NCBI GenBank assembly: GCA_904063045.1
Contig: CAJFCJ010000018.1
Location: 1-64,000, forward strand
Length of the DNA: 64,000 nt
Origin: Dimorphilus gyrociliatus
Lineage: Eukaryota; Animalia; Annelida
Direction of reading: 5' to 3'
How positions within the stretch are numbered: position 1 is the first letter of the stretch; every line of letters starts with the position of its first letter. The notes under the pieces are model-generated. The model was given only the letters and a program-made list of their open reading frames with translations. It had not been told where the DNA came from and made no database searches. This document shows positions 49,685 to 63,876 of this stretch, one piece after another. The position numbers and the translations under genes were made by a program.

Positions 49685-52472
49685 CTAAGCGTAGACAGGC
49701 AGTTGAGCCATTTCATCTTCATCTGCAGTATTCAATTTCTTTATCTCTCGACCTGAAATAAAAACGTAATATACAAATAGTGCAAAATATCCCCTATGCC
49801 TCTGCTAAAGAGATAGTGAATTTATATTTTGATACAATTGGGTATCTAATTTATAACTTCAATATTTCCTTCCAATAGCTAACGTGTAGAGCATCGTTAA
49901 TTTCATTTGTGAGCTTTGTAAGCTTTTCTCATGAGTATTAGATTAGGAATTAAGTTTTTTCAAGAACTATTGGAAACCAAAATTTAGTCGATATCTCGAT
50001 AATAACAGCAATTTCTGCCAATGAATACCACTTTAACTTATACAAAGCATCAATGGTAATCAATATTATTTAAAAACACTCTGGCGATGTATCAATAACA
50101 AATATTGTTGATTTCCATTAGGTCTATATTTTTAGATTTGGTTTTGTGAAGGGGGAAATTCTACTAAATCTCTTTGTGTACTAAAAAAAGTACTTGTTGA
50201 CAGAGAATGCACCTTAAGATAACTTGTCTTTCTTAAATATTTTTGAGAAGAGCAGGTATTAATCTCTTTAAGGAAAAGCTACGTACCAAAGTGCCTTTGA
50301 ACAGCTTCTAATATTTTTCGACTTTTGGTTCCATCAACAAGGTTTAAAGCAATACCACATTTGCCAAATCGACCAGTTCTGCCTATCCTATGAAGGTACG
50401 TTTCGCAATCAGCATCCCCAGCAGCATCTATCGGCATGTCAAAGTTCACAACAAGAGTCACTTGCTCAACATCAATTCCTCTCGCTGATACATTCGTCGT
50501 AATTAGTACCCTTTCGTCCCCTTCTCTAAATCTTTTAATAATGCTTGCTCTTTGTGTAACATCTAATTCTCCTGACAGAATTGCTACTCTGTGTCCATTC
50601 TTTATCATTCTCTCAGCCAATAAATTCGCATTCTTTCTTGTTTGACAAAAAATCATTGACTGACCAACAGTTACAGATGAATAAATGTCAGAAATAGCAC
50701 GATATTTGTCTTCTTGTCCTTGACAGTCAACGTAATACTGTTGAATATTGTCAACTGATTCTTCTTCTCTTTTCAAACGGATAATTATGGGATCTCGAAT
50801 GATTTTATTTGCAAAATCCATAACCGGTTGTTCGTAGGTGGCAGAAAAGAGTAGCATTTGACACTCTCTTGGTAAAAGTCTGGATAGTATAGAATCAGAG
50901 TTATAAATCTTGAAAAGAAAAATAAAAGAATGAGACTATAATTTATTATATCTAATTTCTTACTGTTTAGGTTTCTCTTTCTAACTAATGAGACTATACT
51001 TGACACAAATTTTTTTATTTTTTCGTCTCTTCTAAGAATGACGAAATAAACTATTTTGCAGATTTTACCTTAGGGCTACTTATTTTAATCAAGCAAAAAC
51101 TGGTTTCCATGTACAAACCTGTGGATACGAAGCGTTTGGTCATGATGACCTTGAGTATCGATCATAACGTCAGCCTCGTCTAGAGTGAAGATTTTTATCT
51201 TTTTCAAATCGAAAAATTTGTATTTTAGGCCCCAGTCAAGAACAGTTCCAGGAGTTCCAATTATTATTTGAGCAGTCAAGTTCGATCCACGATCCACTGT
51301 ATAAATTTGCAGAGTTAATAAATCAAATTAAGGAGACAACTCTCCTCTGTCATTGTTTCAATTTATTTCTCTCTATTTATAAAAATGATGTACAAATATA
51401 GCTGACCAGAGAAATAATTATAACACTGATAACGCAAGAGCTTTAAGGTTTTTCTATATGAGATAAAAACTTACATCTTTGGCCCTTAACAGCAAATATG
51501 ATTTCCAAGCCGGTCATGAATTTAGACATTTGCTCACAGACTTCGCCAATTTGAAGTGCTAATTCGTACGTTGGAGCAAGACATAAAGCCTGTGGATATT
51601 TTTCGCCAATATTTACACGTGTTAACATGGTCAAAACGAATGCAGCTGTTTTCCCCGTTCCACTCTGTGATTGTGCAATCATATTCTGATAGGGTTCAGC
51701 TAATAGTAGAGGTAAGGCTTTTTCTTGAATTTTTGACGGTGCATTAAATCCCATATCATATACTCCGCGTAAAAGTTCATCATTTCTGAAAGATCACAAT
51801 ATTTTGACTTTCTTGTCTTAGTTAGTCCTAATAGCAATTACTTATGTATTGCTACATTTAGCTTTGAAGAGCTTCTGATTTAGATAACTAGAAAGATGTA
51901 TTTTAACTTACAATTTCAGTTCTGCGAAAGAGCTAACTGAATACAAAGGCGAATTTGGATTTCTTTGAATAATTTCTAGGTCAGCTTTAACAGGTACTAA
52001 ACGAGATCGCAACAGTTTATTTAGCAGGGATAAGTCGGCTGAAGTTGCTCCTGAAATATATATTTATTAGATCATAACATTTTGGTTAATATAAAATGAA
52101 TTTATGGCCTTTCAACTTTTTTCCCTCCTAAATTTCATAAAGTGTGATATATTTACTATAATATTTAGTGATTTCTGATTGCCTAAGTCACACAATGCTT
52201 CTAAATTACGAAATGGTTATTTATATAGAGCATGCTTTGCACGCCACATTACCATCTTTTGTTTTATCCTCCTTCTCTTTGTTATCATTGTTGTCCCAAT
52301 GTCCTATTTCAAGCTTTCCACTCTCTTTTCCTTTGGGCTCAGACACAGCCGGCTAAAACGGAACGTTAAATAGTCGTTTCATACTTCTTCTATTATCACT
52401 CACCGAAGGTATCTCCCCAGCAGCTTCTAGTTTTCTTTGTTCTTCTTTCTTTACACTAACCGCCCAAGACAT
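49685..52472 (-). CDS. DDX19: DEAD-box helicase DDX19/Dbp5 (mRNA export)
   Basis: NPNSPLYSV, PSKIQEKALP, AQSQSGTGKT, LDEADVM, SAT, QTRK, RGID and YLHRIGRTGRFG; ends QLPVYA*. The last intron is 49753-50286. Confidence 0.96.
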
Positions 52473-53790
52473 TCTTGAAGTAATTTTCAGTAAAACTGTA
52501 GTTCTTAGGAATTTTAAATACTTCAATTAAGTAACTTAAATGTACTTTTTTCTGGCGGTTAAATATCAGAGAATATTAAGATCGGAATCGTTAATGATAC
52601 CGATAATCGAAATTTAGCAGTTAAAGGATTGGAACAAGACTTTTTCGGGTGAATCGATACACGCTCGAATCGTTTTCGATAATTCGATCAGCCAGTCAGC
52701 AACTGGTAGAGAAAGGTTGATTGCTGCATTCTGATAGGATAAAAATTCTTCCCCGAATGATCTGGTTCAGTGTTCAACACTTCGCCGAATCTTAGGAAGT
52801 CGATAACTGGAAAGGAATACAAATACTTTTTAAAAGAGTTGTTAGCAAAGCTACGAATTAAGTATTCTAGTTTACTTGCTAGCCTGTTAAATTACTAGCT
52901 TCCGCAGGACCTGTAAATCTTAAATGACTTGCTGATAACTTTTTTTGGAAATCTTGAAAGGTATTTGCCCAACCAGTAACCGCAATTTAAAAAGTCAAAA
53001 GACTCATCTGGGCGGTAAAGTTGAACAATAGGTCAATAGGATGGGTGTTTGTTTGACATTAAAATGACAAAGACATGTGGTAGAAACTTGTATAGTCTAT
53101 AGTAAAAAAGGGGAGTTTGTAATTTGAGCTAGTAAAAGGCAAATATAATGATAATTACGAAAACTATAGGCCTAGTATCAGAAGTATCCTTGTCCTTTCT
53201 TTAATTAGCTGGCCTTCACAATAGCTAGGTTTAATTTATGTCAAATATTTTTTGTCATATAATATAGCACTAAAAAAGAAAGGAATATGTTTCTGCCTTT
53301 TAATTTGTCATCCTTTAAAGATAGTTTTTGATTATTCGAAACCAACGCCTTTCAAGTCCTGTCATCTGGAGTTTTTTTTATATGTTTTGTACGGAAATGA
53401 AAAGGTTAAATACCTGATATAATAGAACAATTTGAATATTTGGAAACTCAACTTGGGAATACATTGATAGTACAAGTTATTTGTTTAATCTCATTTTTTT
53501 TAATAAATCATAACTGTATTTTATTATCGAAAAAAAAACGCCCTACATATATAATTATTCAACAAGAAAAGTCTTAAATGATAAAATCATTAATCGATTC
53601 ATTCAAGTTCGCCGTTTACGATCGGAGAAGTTTGAACATGTAAATATAGGTGTAAGTTGGATAAAAAATAAAAACAGATACATTACTTTCCATGTATACT
53701 TACAATGTTGGTATACATACAATTCGTCATTGGTATACACTCTCATACATACATACTCACTCAATCACTCTCTCTCACACACTCACACTC

Positions 53791-53814
53791 ACATACATAC
53801 ATACATACATACAT
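53791..53814. repeat. (ACAT)6 tetranucleotide repeat following a (CA/CT)-rich tract
   Basis: Direct reading of the sequence. Confidence 0.85.
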
Positions 53815-53945
53815 ATTTATGCAAATGGATATCGTATCCAAATAGCTGTTGTATACAGAATTTATTACAAGTATTATAATTTTAATGCATGCTATGTTTA
53901 AAGATATACAATATAATTTCGTAACTTTAAGTGGAAATGGCAAAA

Positions 53946-54293
53946 TCAGGAGTCCCTCGTAAAAAATATAAGAACAACAACCAATATTGCTATACTAGAT
54001 AAAGTTATACTAGTAACTGCTATAACCATGGCAACTTTCCCCCTCACTCTTGCAGCTTCCCAATCCATTGGAGCAATATGGCGACTGGCGCAAGAGAAAC
54101 CTAATGCCACTAAGCCTGAAAGATGAAGTATTATATTTATTGATCAGTCTGTACCTAGGCTTATAAAATGTATCATACCAATTACTGGGTTGATGATAAA
54201 AGCAAAAATGCTGATACATAAATGAGAATTTGGGCCAGTTCTGTTTCCGGAAATCGTAGTATGGCCCGAAGGCTGCATTACCATAACTGGCAT
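53946..54293 (-). CDS. CD225/dispanin-family small membrane protein, 94 aa, exons 54293-54179 and 54115-53946
   Basis: Manual splicing gives MPVMVMQP...PNSHLCISIFAFIINPVIG|LVALGFSCASRHIAPMDWEAARVRGKVAMVIAVTSITLSSIAILVVVLIFFTRDS*. The 63-nt GT-AG intron keeps the frame; two hydrophobic segments flank the D.E.AR loop. Upstream coding exons are possible. Confidence 0.75.
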
Positions 54294-57200
54294 GCTGCTT
54301 GTAGTTGATTTTTTCTACTTCTGTTTTAAAGAAAAAAACTAATTAGCGGAAAAAGCTCAAAACATTAACTATACGTAATAACAGTAAGAAAAATAATGAA
54401 AAAAGAGTGAGAACGGAATGATGAAATATGACAGAGCTCACAAAAATCAATGAGACCGATCGACGTTTATGTCTGGCGTGAAACGGGGCGTTTTTTGTCA
54501 ATTTATTATTCTGCTTGGATTTTACTTCTGTAACGGAATTTATTGGCACGAGGAACAAGATGCCAATATGCGGCCGAGAGATTAGATTGTTTCATTCACA
54601 AAGTGTATGCTAATGAGTTTGAGCGAATAGGATCGGGCCGTGCACAAGAATTGATAAAAAATTTCTGGCTTTCGCTTCATACTTCCACTTCACTTCCTTT
54701 TCTTATTTGGATTAAAAAAAATAGTCAGTCTTTCAACCAATTTTCCAGCTGATCTTTCTTACGGTTAATTATACAGTTGAAAGGAAAGCTTGTTAAAAAT
54801 AGGAAAAAGATTGCAACAAAGAAATTACATATACTGGTTGTAAGTAATGTAAGATGACTTGTATTTTACAAAGAATTTAACTTATTGGCCACTTTTCCCT
54901 TTTAGTTTTTCTATACGTTCATTATAAATCTCTTACCCCTGCAGCTATAAGCTACAATAAATCTTTTGTAATTCGCAAATCTCAATGGAACATCCGGCAG
55001 ATAAACTCGTTAACGCTTTAAAAATAGTTGTTCTAACTTTAAACGACCTTGGTTAGTAATACTACAGAATAGTATCTCCGAAAAAGCTTAACTTTAGACT
55101 ATGGTCAAAACATTATACATAAGTTTATCTATGCAATTTTTAGACCATCGTTCCAAATAGCCGTAATTCAACTGACTTAATAGCACATTTCGGCCCCGGA
55201 AGTACACGTTAATGGCAAAGGAAATATTTCAATGCCTTTCTAACCTTTAGAACTTTTCTTCAAAAGAAAACAGAAGAGAAAAAGAAGATTTACTACTCAA
55301 TCGATTTATTTTATCAGGGATGTTAGATTGATTTTCATTAAAGTTAGACGAAGCAAAGAGACATGATGTAATTGATATTAATGCTTTTAATGTAGGATTA
55401 TTAATAATTGTAGGTAATTTGAAATGATTGGGAAAAGCTTAAAGGAATAATGAGATATTCGATCTTGGACGTAAGCTAAAATTGATGTCATTTATTAGTA
55501 TCCTTAGGCTTAACAATATCCGTATGGCTATAGTTCAGCTCTCATCTATTAATTTTTGGATTCCGTCAATTCTTTGCACCTATTACAGCTTAGAAGTATT
55601 TTCTTAGCTGCTTTTAATGAGTTTTATAACTAAAATATGCAATATTACTTATTGTCTTAATGTGTGTTCAAATGAATTGCTATATGTCAAATATATTAAA
55701 ATATAGATGTACATGTGAATAGTACGCATTTACGGATAAGAATATTTTTAAATATAGAAAGGAAAAGAGTATAGATAGAACAATTTCAGCATGAGTTTTA
55801 TCGTTGATAAATATATCATCAAGCTATAAATTAAGACCGGCTTCTATCGCGTGACAACAGGAATAAATACTCGGCTAAGCATCAAGCTTTTCTCTTTGAT
55901 TATAAGTCTAAATTCGTTGTTTTGCTCCATCAGAAAATTCTTCTGTAACTCGAAAACCTCGGAGGGATGTATTCGTGAGAAAGCTCATTAACATTCCCTT
56001 TCGTGACATAATTAAGGACAAGTGGATATAAAGTACGTCGTTTATTGTTTTCTAAATCAGTTTTAACAAAAGAAAACCAGATAGGTTTTCATTATCCTCT
56101 TAAATTATAATTTTTGTTTCAGGTTTAATAGAAAATGGAGGGAGTCGAGAAGTTTGAAGGGTTAAAAGGGGACTGGATCTTTACCCTATTTATAGGTCTA
56201 TGGAAAATAAAGACGAAAAAAAAACAGCTTGTGCATTATTGAAGTCAGAGCTGGTTAAACAGTGTTTTTTCCTATTCGTACTATAATTTCAACAGGGAAA
56301 TCGTAATACTCTGGAAAAATTCAGGAAGATGCTCTTAACAATAAGAGCCTACAAACCCGCCAAGGTAGTGTAAATTATGAATAGCAACGACTGTATAAAT
56401 ATGATAAATCGATAAACTAAGAAGCTACATATCGTTTTAATACCTATGAATAGAATTGTTTATTTTAAGATATATAACTATATATATAAGTATGTGGGTA
56501 AATATATTACCTATAGACAAACACACACACATTTCGCCCACATATTTTATGCTTCATTTGTACATAAATTGCTATTGTAGATATATCCTTAAGCATATGG
56601 TATACATGTTTAAATTGTAGTGTTATTTTGATTTGAATGAATATAGACAAATGACACTCATATATACCCTAAACAGTTTAATACGATAAATAGATTTACA
56701 GGGTATAATACATATTGACATATATATATATAGATATATAGATAGAGATGAATAAATGGATGACAAGTCTAGTGTATATCATATTTAACATGCAATATGT
56801 ATTATATACATATATCTTAAGAAATTCTTAAAGCCTTATTGATCGATAGGAAAATCATTCATAATCATCCAGAGTTCACAACACACGCAGTGCAAATGTA
56901 CTTGTAAATGTTTGAGGAAGTTTAGCATATGTAAATATTTTCCTGGAGATGTTTAATTTGAACAGCGTCATCTATTAAAAATTTCCCACAACAGACAATA
57001 TTGGTTTTTTTATTCCGCTTTTGTGTTATTTATTTGTTTTTTCAATTGTTTTTTACCCTTTGACTCATATCTCGATTATCGTGTACCATTTATTGACAGT
57101 TATGAGAAATAGTCTTAGAAAAACCTTGTTTCGATTAACTTGTAAGAGACGCCCAACGGCTAAACTCATTAAAACTGTGTTGCAATTTTTTCGCCGAAAA

Positions 57201-59732
57201 AATATTACTGCCTTTGATCTCTGAAATTCTAAGCGTAATTCACTGAGAATGTTTGCAGTAGTTGTTCGTGACTGGAATACGACTAGGACTTCATCTATAG
57301 CTTGTTTACAAAGCCAAATTCGCTTAATTAATGCCTTCCATTAAACGCTCTATAAAACCGCTTCTGTTTTCTATGTAAATAAGCTGAGGCGTCGCGTTTA
57401 CATAGGAGGCCGTCTCTTACTGCAAAGAACCAGAAAATTTGCAGTTCTATTGCGGCTTGATTGATTGATGCGCGACGTTATCGGTAAGACGAGAGTGTTT
57501 ATGGGAAAAAAGTCAGTGTTGAATTTTGCAGAATCGTTTGGGAATTTTGCAGAAAAAATACAGATTTCAATGACGTCACCACATTAATTATTACAGACTA
57601 AGACGTGCGTCCTACATCCTTCGCTTTGAACTACTTTCCGGTTGTACTTTGTTTCATTGACAGTATAGATTACATAATTTCATAATACGTGTTAGTTTTT
57701 CCAGAAAGGTTAGTTTTTAACTTGATCATTGGGCCAATCTATCACTACTTATTAAGTTGCATGAAAGCAATACCATAGATTACTTTTTATACGAAAGGCA
57801 TATAGAATATATTTATAAAGCATGATTGTTGGGAAATTTTAACTTATTTATACAACAATATGCTCAGGCCAAGTTGATGCTTCCTCTTAGTCCTAACAAA
57901 CGACAAAATGTGTACCATTAATTAAAATTAATCTGTTGAGGACAGCATCAGACACATTCATTTCCCCTTCTATTTTTATAAATTCGTTTATTTTTTGCAT
58001 TAATTATTCGTAATCAGCAAAAAAATTTTCATTCCTAAATGATTTTAAGACTTATTAAATGAGTTTTATTAGAAATTACTTCTTTTCATTGGGGAGTTAT
58101 CATCTTGGGAAATATCAAAATCAGTTGTAATTATCTTTCTATGATAGATAGGAGAGAAAAGAAGAAATAGATTAAACTACTGGATGGGAAGTAGGATATT
58201 ACAAGATTCAATTATAACAACCTTTTACCATACTTAATTATCATTCAGCGCAACGGCTACGGAAAACTAGTATCAAATGAGAGAATGATAAATTATATAA
58301 AAGTTGCATCAATTAGTCACCGATTCACTAACTATTGCAGTGGTAAACGTAGGATACTGTTAATGACATCGTCAATCATATTCCTACATTAATCCATCTC
58401 TTATTGTCGGTTATGAGTACAATAATGTGCTAGAAAAATACACGATTGGGACGTGATTTATAACCTTAGAAACTTAACGGCGAGGCTATTAGGAATCGTT
58501 AACTGAAAGGAGGAGAAACGCTGAAAAAAATAGTACTCTTACGTAAACGTTGTTCGCCCGTCGCTCTAGAGTGGATAATAGGCTTAAATACTGAGAAAGA
58601 AGCGTCATATGTACTCATTGGTACTGAGTCGACTCCGTCTATTTTGTGTATGACGTAAAACTTCGTGACTGTAATGGAAATATGGAAGATTTGTCCGAGG
58701 TATGCCTTATTTTTTTGTTTAATCGATGCGCAAATCGATATTTTCGGGTGCGTTTTGATAAATCAGCTTTTTGTGTTTTATAGATGCAGATAAAAAAAAA
58801 TACGTCAATAATACAATGGGCTTTTATATAAAGAAAAAAATATATATGTTTGGATAGACAAATATTAATATATATATATATATATATATATTCTAATATA
58901 TACATCTTACTGTATAAATCTCTATTTATATGTACAGAATACATTATCTTGTATGCACTATATATTTGTTTATTGTGAGAGCACCAAAACCGTGCAATAT
59001 GTATATCACAATATCAAATATATAAAACATAGTGTGAATAAATATCTTAGAACACCTTCAATAAGAATTTATGTAATTTTCGTCGATTTAGATGAATGAT
59101 GCTTTTTGTAAACTCGTGTGTTGCTGCGCTAGTATGCTATTCGCGGAAACTACAGCGTTTTACTCTTTCCGCAATAGACCTTGGCCTATGATTCCTAAAT
59201 TCGAGAAAAATTTTATACGAAAATCGAGATAATATTACCGTAATGAAAGTTTACGTTCTCCTCTGTACCTTTTACTATCTGCATATACTGTGCGTGAGAA
59301 TATATATATATATAAAGCACAACATAAATGTTCGTTCGTGTGCAGATCTTTCATTATACCAATTATTGTTGTGGGGTTTATACTATACAATATCTAAATT
59401 ATATTCTAATACATTACGCGTATATAACAAAGTCTACGTACTTTATCTGATAGATGAATTTAAATTTTTATTACTTGCCCTATTTACGAATTATAAATAA
59501 AACAGCAATAGTTAGAAATAAATTTAAGCCAAGGAAGATTCTCTTAAATATGTTTCTTCTCCGACTATACAACGCATTATTCTAGCCTTTTTAGAGCCTG
59601 TATTAAAGTATCTTGAGTTGTACACATACATTTTATCTATAGTTTCATTTTTATAAAAGCATATATACTCGTTGTATCTTTAGGCATTGTGTAAGAACTA
59701 TATGTACCGAAACTAATGATAATTGTTAAAAA

Positions 59733-59735
<3 letters not shown>

Positions 59736-59770
<35 letters not shown>
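59736..59770. repeat. (TA)n microsatellite, about 17 units
   Basis: Direct reading of the sequence. Confidence 0.93.
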
Positions 59771-59772
<2 letters not shown>

Positions 59773-61675
59773 AAATAAAAAATATAGTTGTATATCGATT
59801 TTTACTTACCCGGAAAAGAATACTGCAGCAGTCCGAAATGCAATAAGTACGGTTTGTAATAAAGGGGCGTCGCGAACAGCGAAAAGACGCTTAAGCCCCG
59901 ACTGCAGCCAGTTGAGGCGCCATCTGGACTGAGTAAATTAATGAGCTTCGTAATATATTTTATTTTAAAGATCAATTTTGCTTTTGTTTTTTAAATAAAA
60001 ATTTATTTAATAGAAAAGAATACGTAATGATAAAAATTATTTTTATTCAGTTTAGATCAAACTTATTAATCATCACAGTACCAACTACAGATAAAATAAG
60101 AGAAAATTCTGCAGGTAGTATACTTGGGGAAGAGCGCCCTCAAACGTTTTCTCTATAATTTCAACGAACAGCGTCTAAAATTTCATTGCAAAAATACTTA
60201 TACTTGAAACATCTATTTACATATTATTAAACTCTTTTTATAAATGCAGACAAAAAATGTAGTTGCACTAATTAAGAAAGCATATTGATTTACTTGAAAG
60301 AGCCTATTCTCTTAATATGAGAAAAACGTATATTCCATTTTTATATAATTTACATGCCTTTTATCTAGAGCTTCCTAAAACTATTTTATTTGGTTCATAT
60401 ATGTATATATACAGTATACATATAAATACATATATATATATATCTGTATATCAACAACTTAAGTGAATGTTGTTTATAACCTTTTCATAGAAAAAAGTTT
60501 GCTTTGAAAAAATTAAAAAGAACTTAAGTTAATAAACAAAATGTTTTTCTCTGTAATAATATAATGAATCAATGAAAGTTCTCTCTTTTGTTAAATGATC
60601 AAGTAATAAAAGCAACCTTTTAATTAGGAAAAATAACATAACAAATAAAAGTTTAAAAAATCACACTTGCTTGTTTCGCGGTTAAAAAAAACTGTAAGCA
60701 ATAACTATAAAACGGAATCCTTGACGAGCAATTCAGAAATATGGAGCGGTTACTTTTGTGTGGGATACTTTTAAAGGTATTCCGAGCCAAGTGACACAGG
60801 GCTCCAATGAAAGAATTCTTCTATTATCTATTATTCTACAACGAAGTCTCTTATATAAAATATTAATAAAAAACCGCAGCCACATTGAAAGTTTGAATTC
60901 TTGACAATTCTTGTATCACAGGTATTTCAAGCTTCACAAAAGTATCTTCTCCAAAAACCAACAGTATGATTATAAACGATTAATTCGCTTACTAGTATAA
61001 TTAAGCTTGAAAGGTACATAGACATGTATATAAATATGCATATACATGTTTGTATACATAAATACAAAGTATACATGCAGTTGTATGTATATTTGTTTCG
61101 TGGCTGTAGGTACTTATAAAAATATAATGCCGTTTTTTTGCAAAAATAATGGACTTTTCTAGGCTATACACTCTCTCAAACATTCCTGATTAAAATATCA
61201 AATGCATCATATTAACGATGCATTATGCATTTAATCACAAAAAGAAAACATCCAACAACAGTTCTTCTTTTCAAATAACAACCTGCAGGAGTAAAGGCTA
61301 GCAGCAGTTGAGCAAAAAGAAGCATTCATGAAAAAATATCAGTCAATTTTCTGACAGATTGATGCAGCACAAATTTCAAATAGCACCAAAGTGTGTTAAA
61401 GTTTTCTTTTTTCAATCCATCTCAACAGTCTTATATATTAATACACTGATATGCGTCGAGAAGGTAGAAAAAAGACTGCTACTCCAAGGTAATTGGTAAG
61501 TAATTTTTTTGTGTTTTTTTTTAATTTTTGATCCGCAAAACTTCAGGCACTGAGATGATTTAAGTTATTATTTTTTGTAGAGTAGTAAAAAAAGTCAAAT
61601 GCTTTTCCTTTTTATCCATATTTACAAATATTCGGTGAAAGGGTAAGTTTAAAAGAGGTTGCGTTGCTTCTTTTG

Positions 61676-63876
61676 CTAGGATGTTCCATTGGAGTGCGAT
61701 GCGTGAGGTATATTATGGTTCGCATTCTTTAAAAATTCGATAACATTGTCTACTTTTGCTAAGCCTTCCATGAATGGTATTAAATCTAGAAGCTCCGTGT
61801 CACCTGAATCATCGAACCACGAAGCCACTGGGATCTGTGATTGAGAAAATAAAGTAGAATAAACTTTAATATGGGCATAGGTAACGTGATATGCTTCATA
61901 ATCATACATAATAGTTTCCTATCACGTGATAATTCTTTTCATTTTTGCCTCGTAACAACTTCGTTACAAATTTAATGATCAACGGTATTTAAATCGTTAA
62001 CAACATTTTTTAAAGCTTAATACTCTTCACTTGACTAAAATACGAGCTAATAAATCATTCTTTCCACTCACAGCATTATCAGGATGAAATAAGTAAGATG
62101 CCGGTGAATTATCGACAATAGCAATCTGTTCAATTTCTCGTCCTAAACGACTTAAATCTTTAACGTAGTTTCCGCGATGAAAGACACAGGATTCGCGGAA
62201 GAGCCTGGTTCTAAATACATCCCACTTGTCTAGCAGATCAGCAACGGGGTCAGCGTACTGAAACGAAATTTAAAGATTTATTAAAGAGATAAGACCAAAA
62301 GCCCTTGATTGGTAATCAAATTACTTTAGCTAGAGAGGCGGTAAAGAGGACACATTCGAAAAGTTGTCCCATTTTTTGCAAGAATTCATCCACATATGGT
62401 CTTTTAAGAACATAAACTTGGTGCACTGTTCCTTCGATATCTACAGGTACAATGAAATCCGCATCTTGTACGGGCTATAAACAAATATCTTGTTAGAAAA
62501 TTTCAACAGTTGATTCAGAGATAAAATTTATAGGAAGAAATTTTATACTTTAAAGGAGCTATGAACTAATGTCTCGTCCAAGTCTATAATTACACACTTC
62601 TTATTCGTATCATCTCGTCTCGGAGGTCCAAGAAGGGGCCGAATCTGACTCGGCTGTAAAATACGAAAAATCCCAGAAGTACAAACTGCAAAATATTTTG
62701 AGTAAAAACACCTACTGCTGCATGTCCATTTGGTTGATGTGTAGCCGGGTCGGGCGTTTGATTACGGCCCGTGCAGCAAGTAAATAGAGAACGCCAGAAA
62801 CTTCTACTTCTTGGTTTTGTCTGCTTTGGTGTTGTAGTAGAAAGTGGCACTATTAAAAAGAAAAACGGGTCATGAAGATAAAAACGAAGCATTTCTATTG
62901 TTTATTTATTAAACAATAGAACAATTTTTTTTATTTTAAAATATTCATAAAAATAATATTAAAAAAACAACATTTATTTTTGTATAAGATGCCTGCTGTT
63001 AAATAAATTAGAAGGGAAGGCCTAGTCTTGTATTTCATACTTTTGAAAGAAAACATCGCCTTAAAATTGTAAGCCTGCTCCTGACATATATATATATATA
63101 AGAATATGTGTCGCATAAAATAGATATTTGAATATATTCAATTGTTAAACTGTCGCGCAGCTAACTTAATATAAAGCCAATCGCTTTTATCGATTCTGGT
63201 GAACCTTCAAATATGTAGGCTCAATTTTTCACTGTGTTTATTCAAAGCGGCAGAATTTTTGCAAATAGCCTATAAACTTTTCATCCTAACTAATTAACGT
63301 AAGGAAAGCCATACATCAAACAATGATATGATAGTAATAAAATATAAAAAGGAAATAAGAAATTCGGCAAATTGCTATAGATCAAATAAAACTAATTATC
63401 TAATAGAACAAGCTATTGTTAGTGGTTAAATAAAATGAATACAACGTACATATGCTATTCGAAGATGGGCGTGGCGACGTTGCAGTAAAAGTTGGATATA
63501 ACTTAACTGGTGCGCTTAACATTTTAGTTTGAATTGCTAAATTGCAAATTCTAGCAATGCACCTTTATCATCAATCGAGTGTTATCTCAAAAAAGAGCTG
63601 TGAAATCAATAAATTCTTTCCTATCAGGTTCAAAATTCACTTCGACTGCCAGTTGATTGGCGCCTATTTTTGGAAAATTTTAATGAAAATACCCGATTTT
63701 CACTGCGAGAACGTATATTACGATTGAATTTTACATCTTATTTACACTTCTTAGCAAGTCAAACACTCCTAGTGCTAGGGTACGAACAAAATTAAGAAAA
63801 ATTTACTTGAACTTCCATATGGTCCGAACTGCTCCTCATCCCTATTCACCTGCGTTATAATGGACGTATTGTCCAT
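61676..63876 (-). CDS. CTDSPL: Small CTD phosphatase (CTDSP1/2/L family, SCP)
   Basis: [15 protein letters not shown]; LFTCC; [18 protein letters not shown] (DxDxT motif); VYVLKRP; [10 protein letters not shown]; [14 protein letters not shown]|IPVASWFDD. Confidence 0.95.

Noticed and set aside
52580-53060. GC-elevated stretch upstream of DDX19 with protein-like minus-strand fragments (…LNCGYWLGKY…, …FGEEFLSYQNAA…) separated by in-frame TGAs; considered a selenoprotein or pseudogene
   Set aside because: TAG and TAA stops also interrupt it, splice phases do not fit, and there is no recognisable family or SECIS evidence.
61198-61235. ATGCAT-rich small hairpin with a miR-277-like seed
   Set aside because: The stem is only about 9 bp, too short for a pre-miRNA, and there is no full mature-sequence match.
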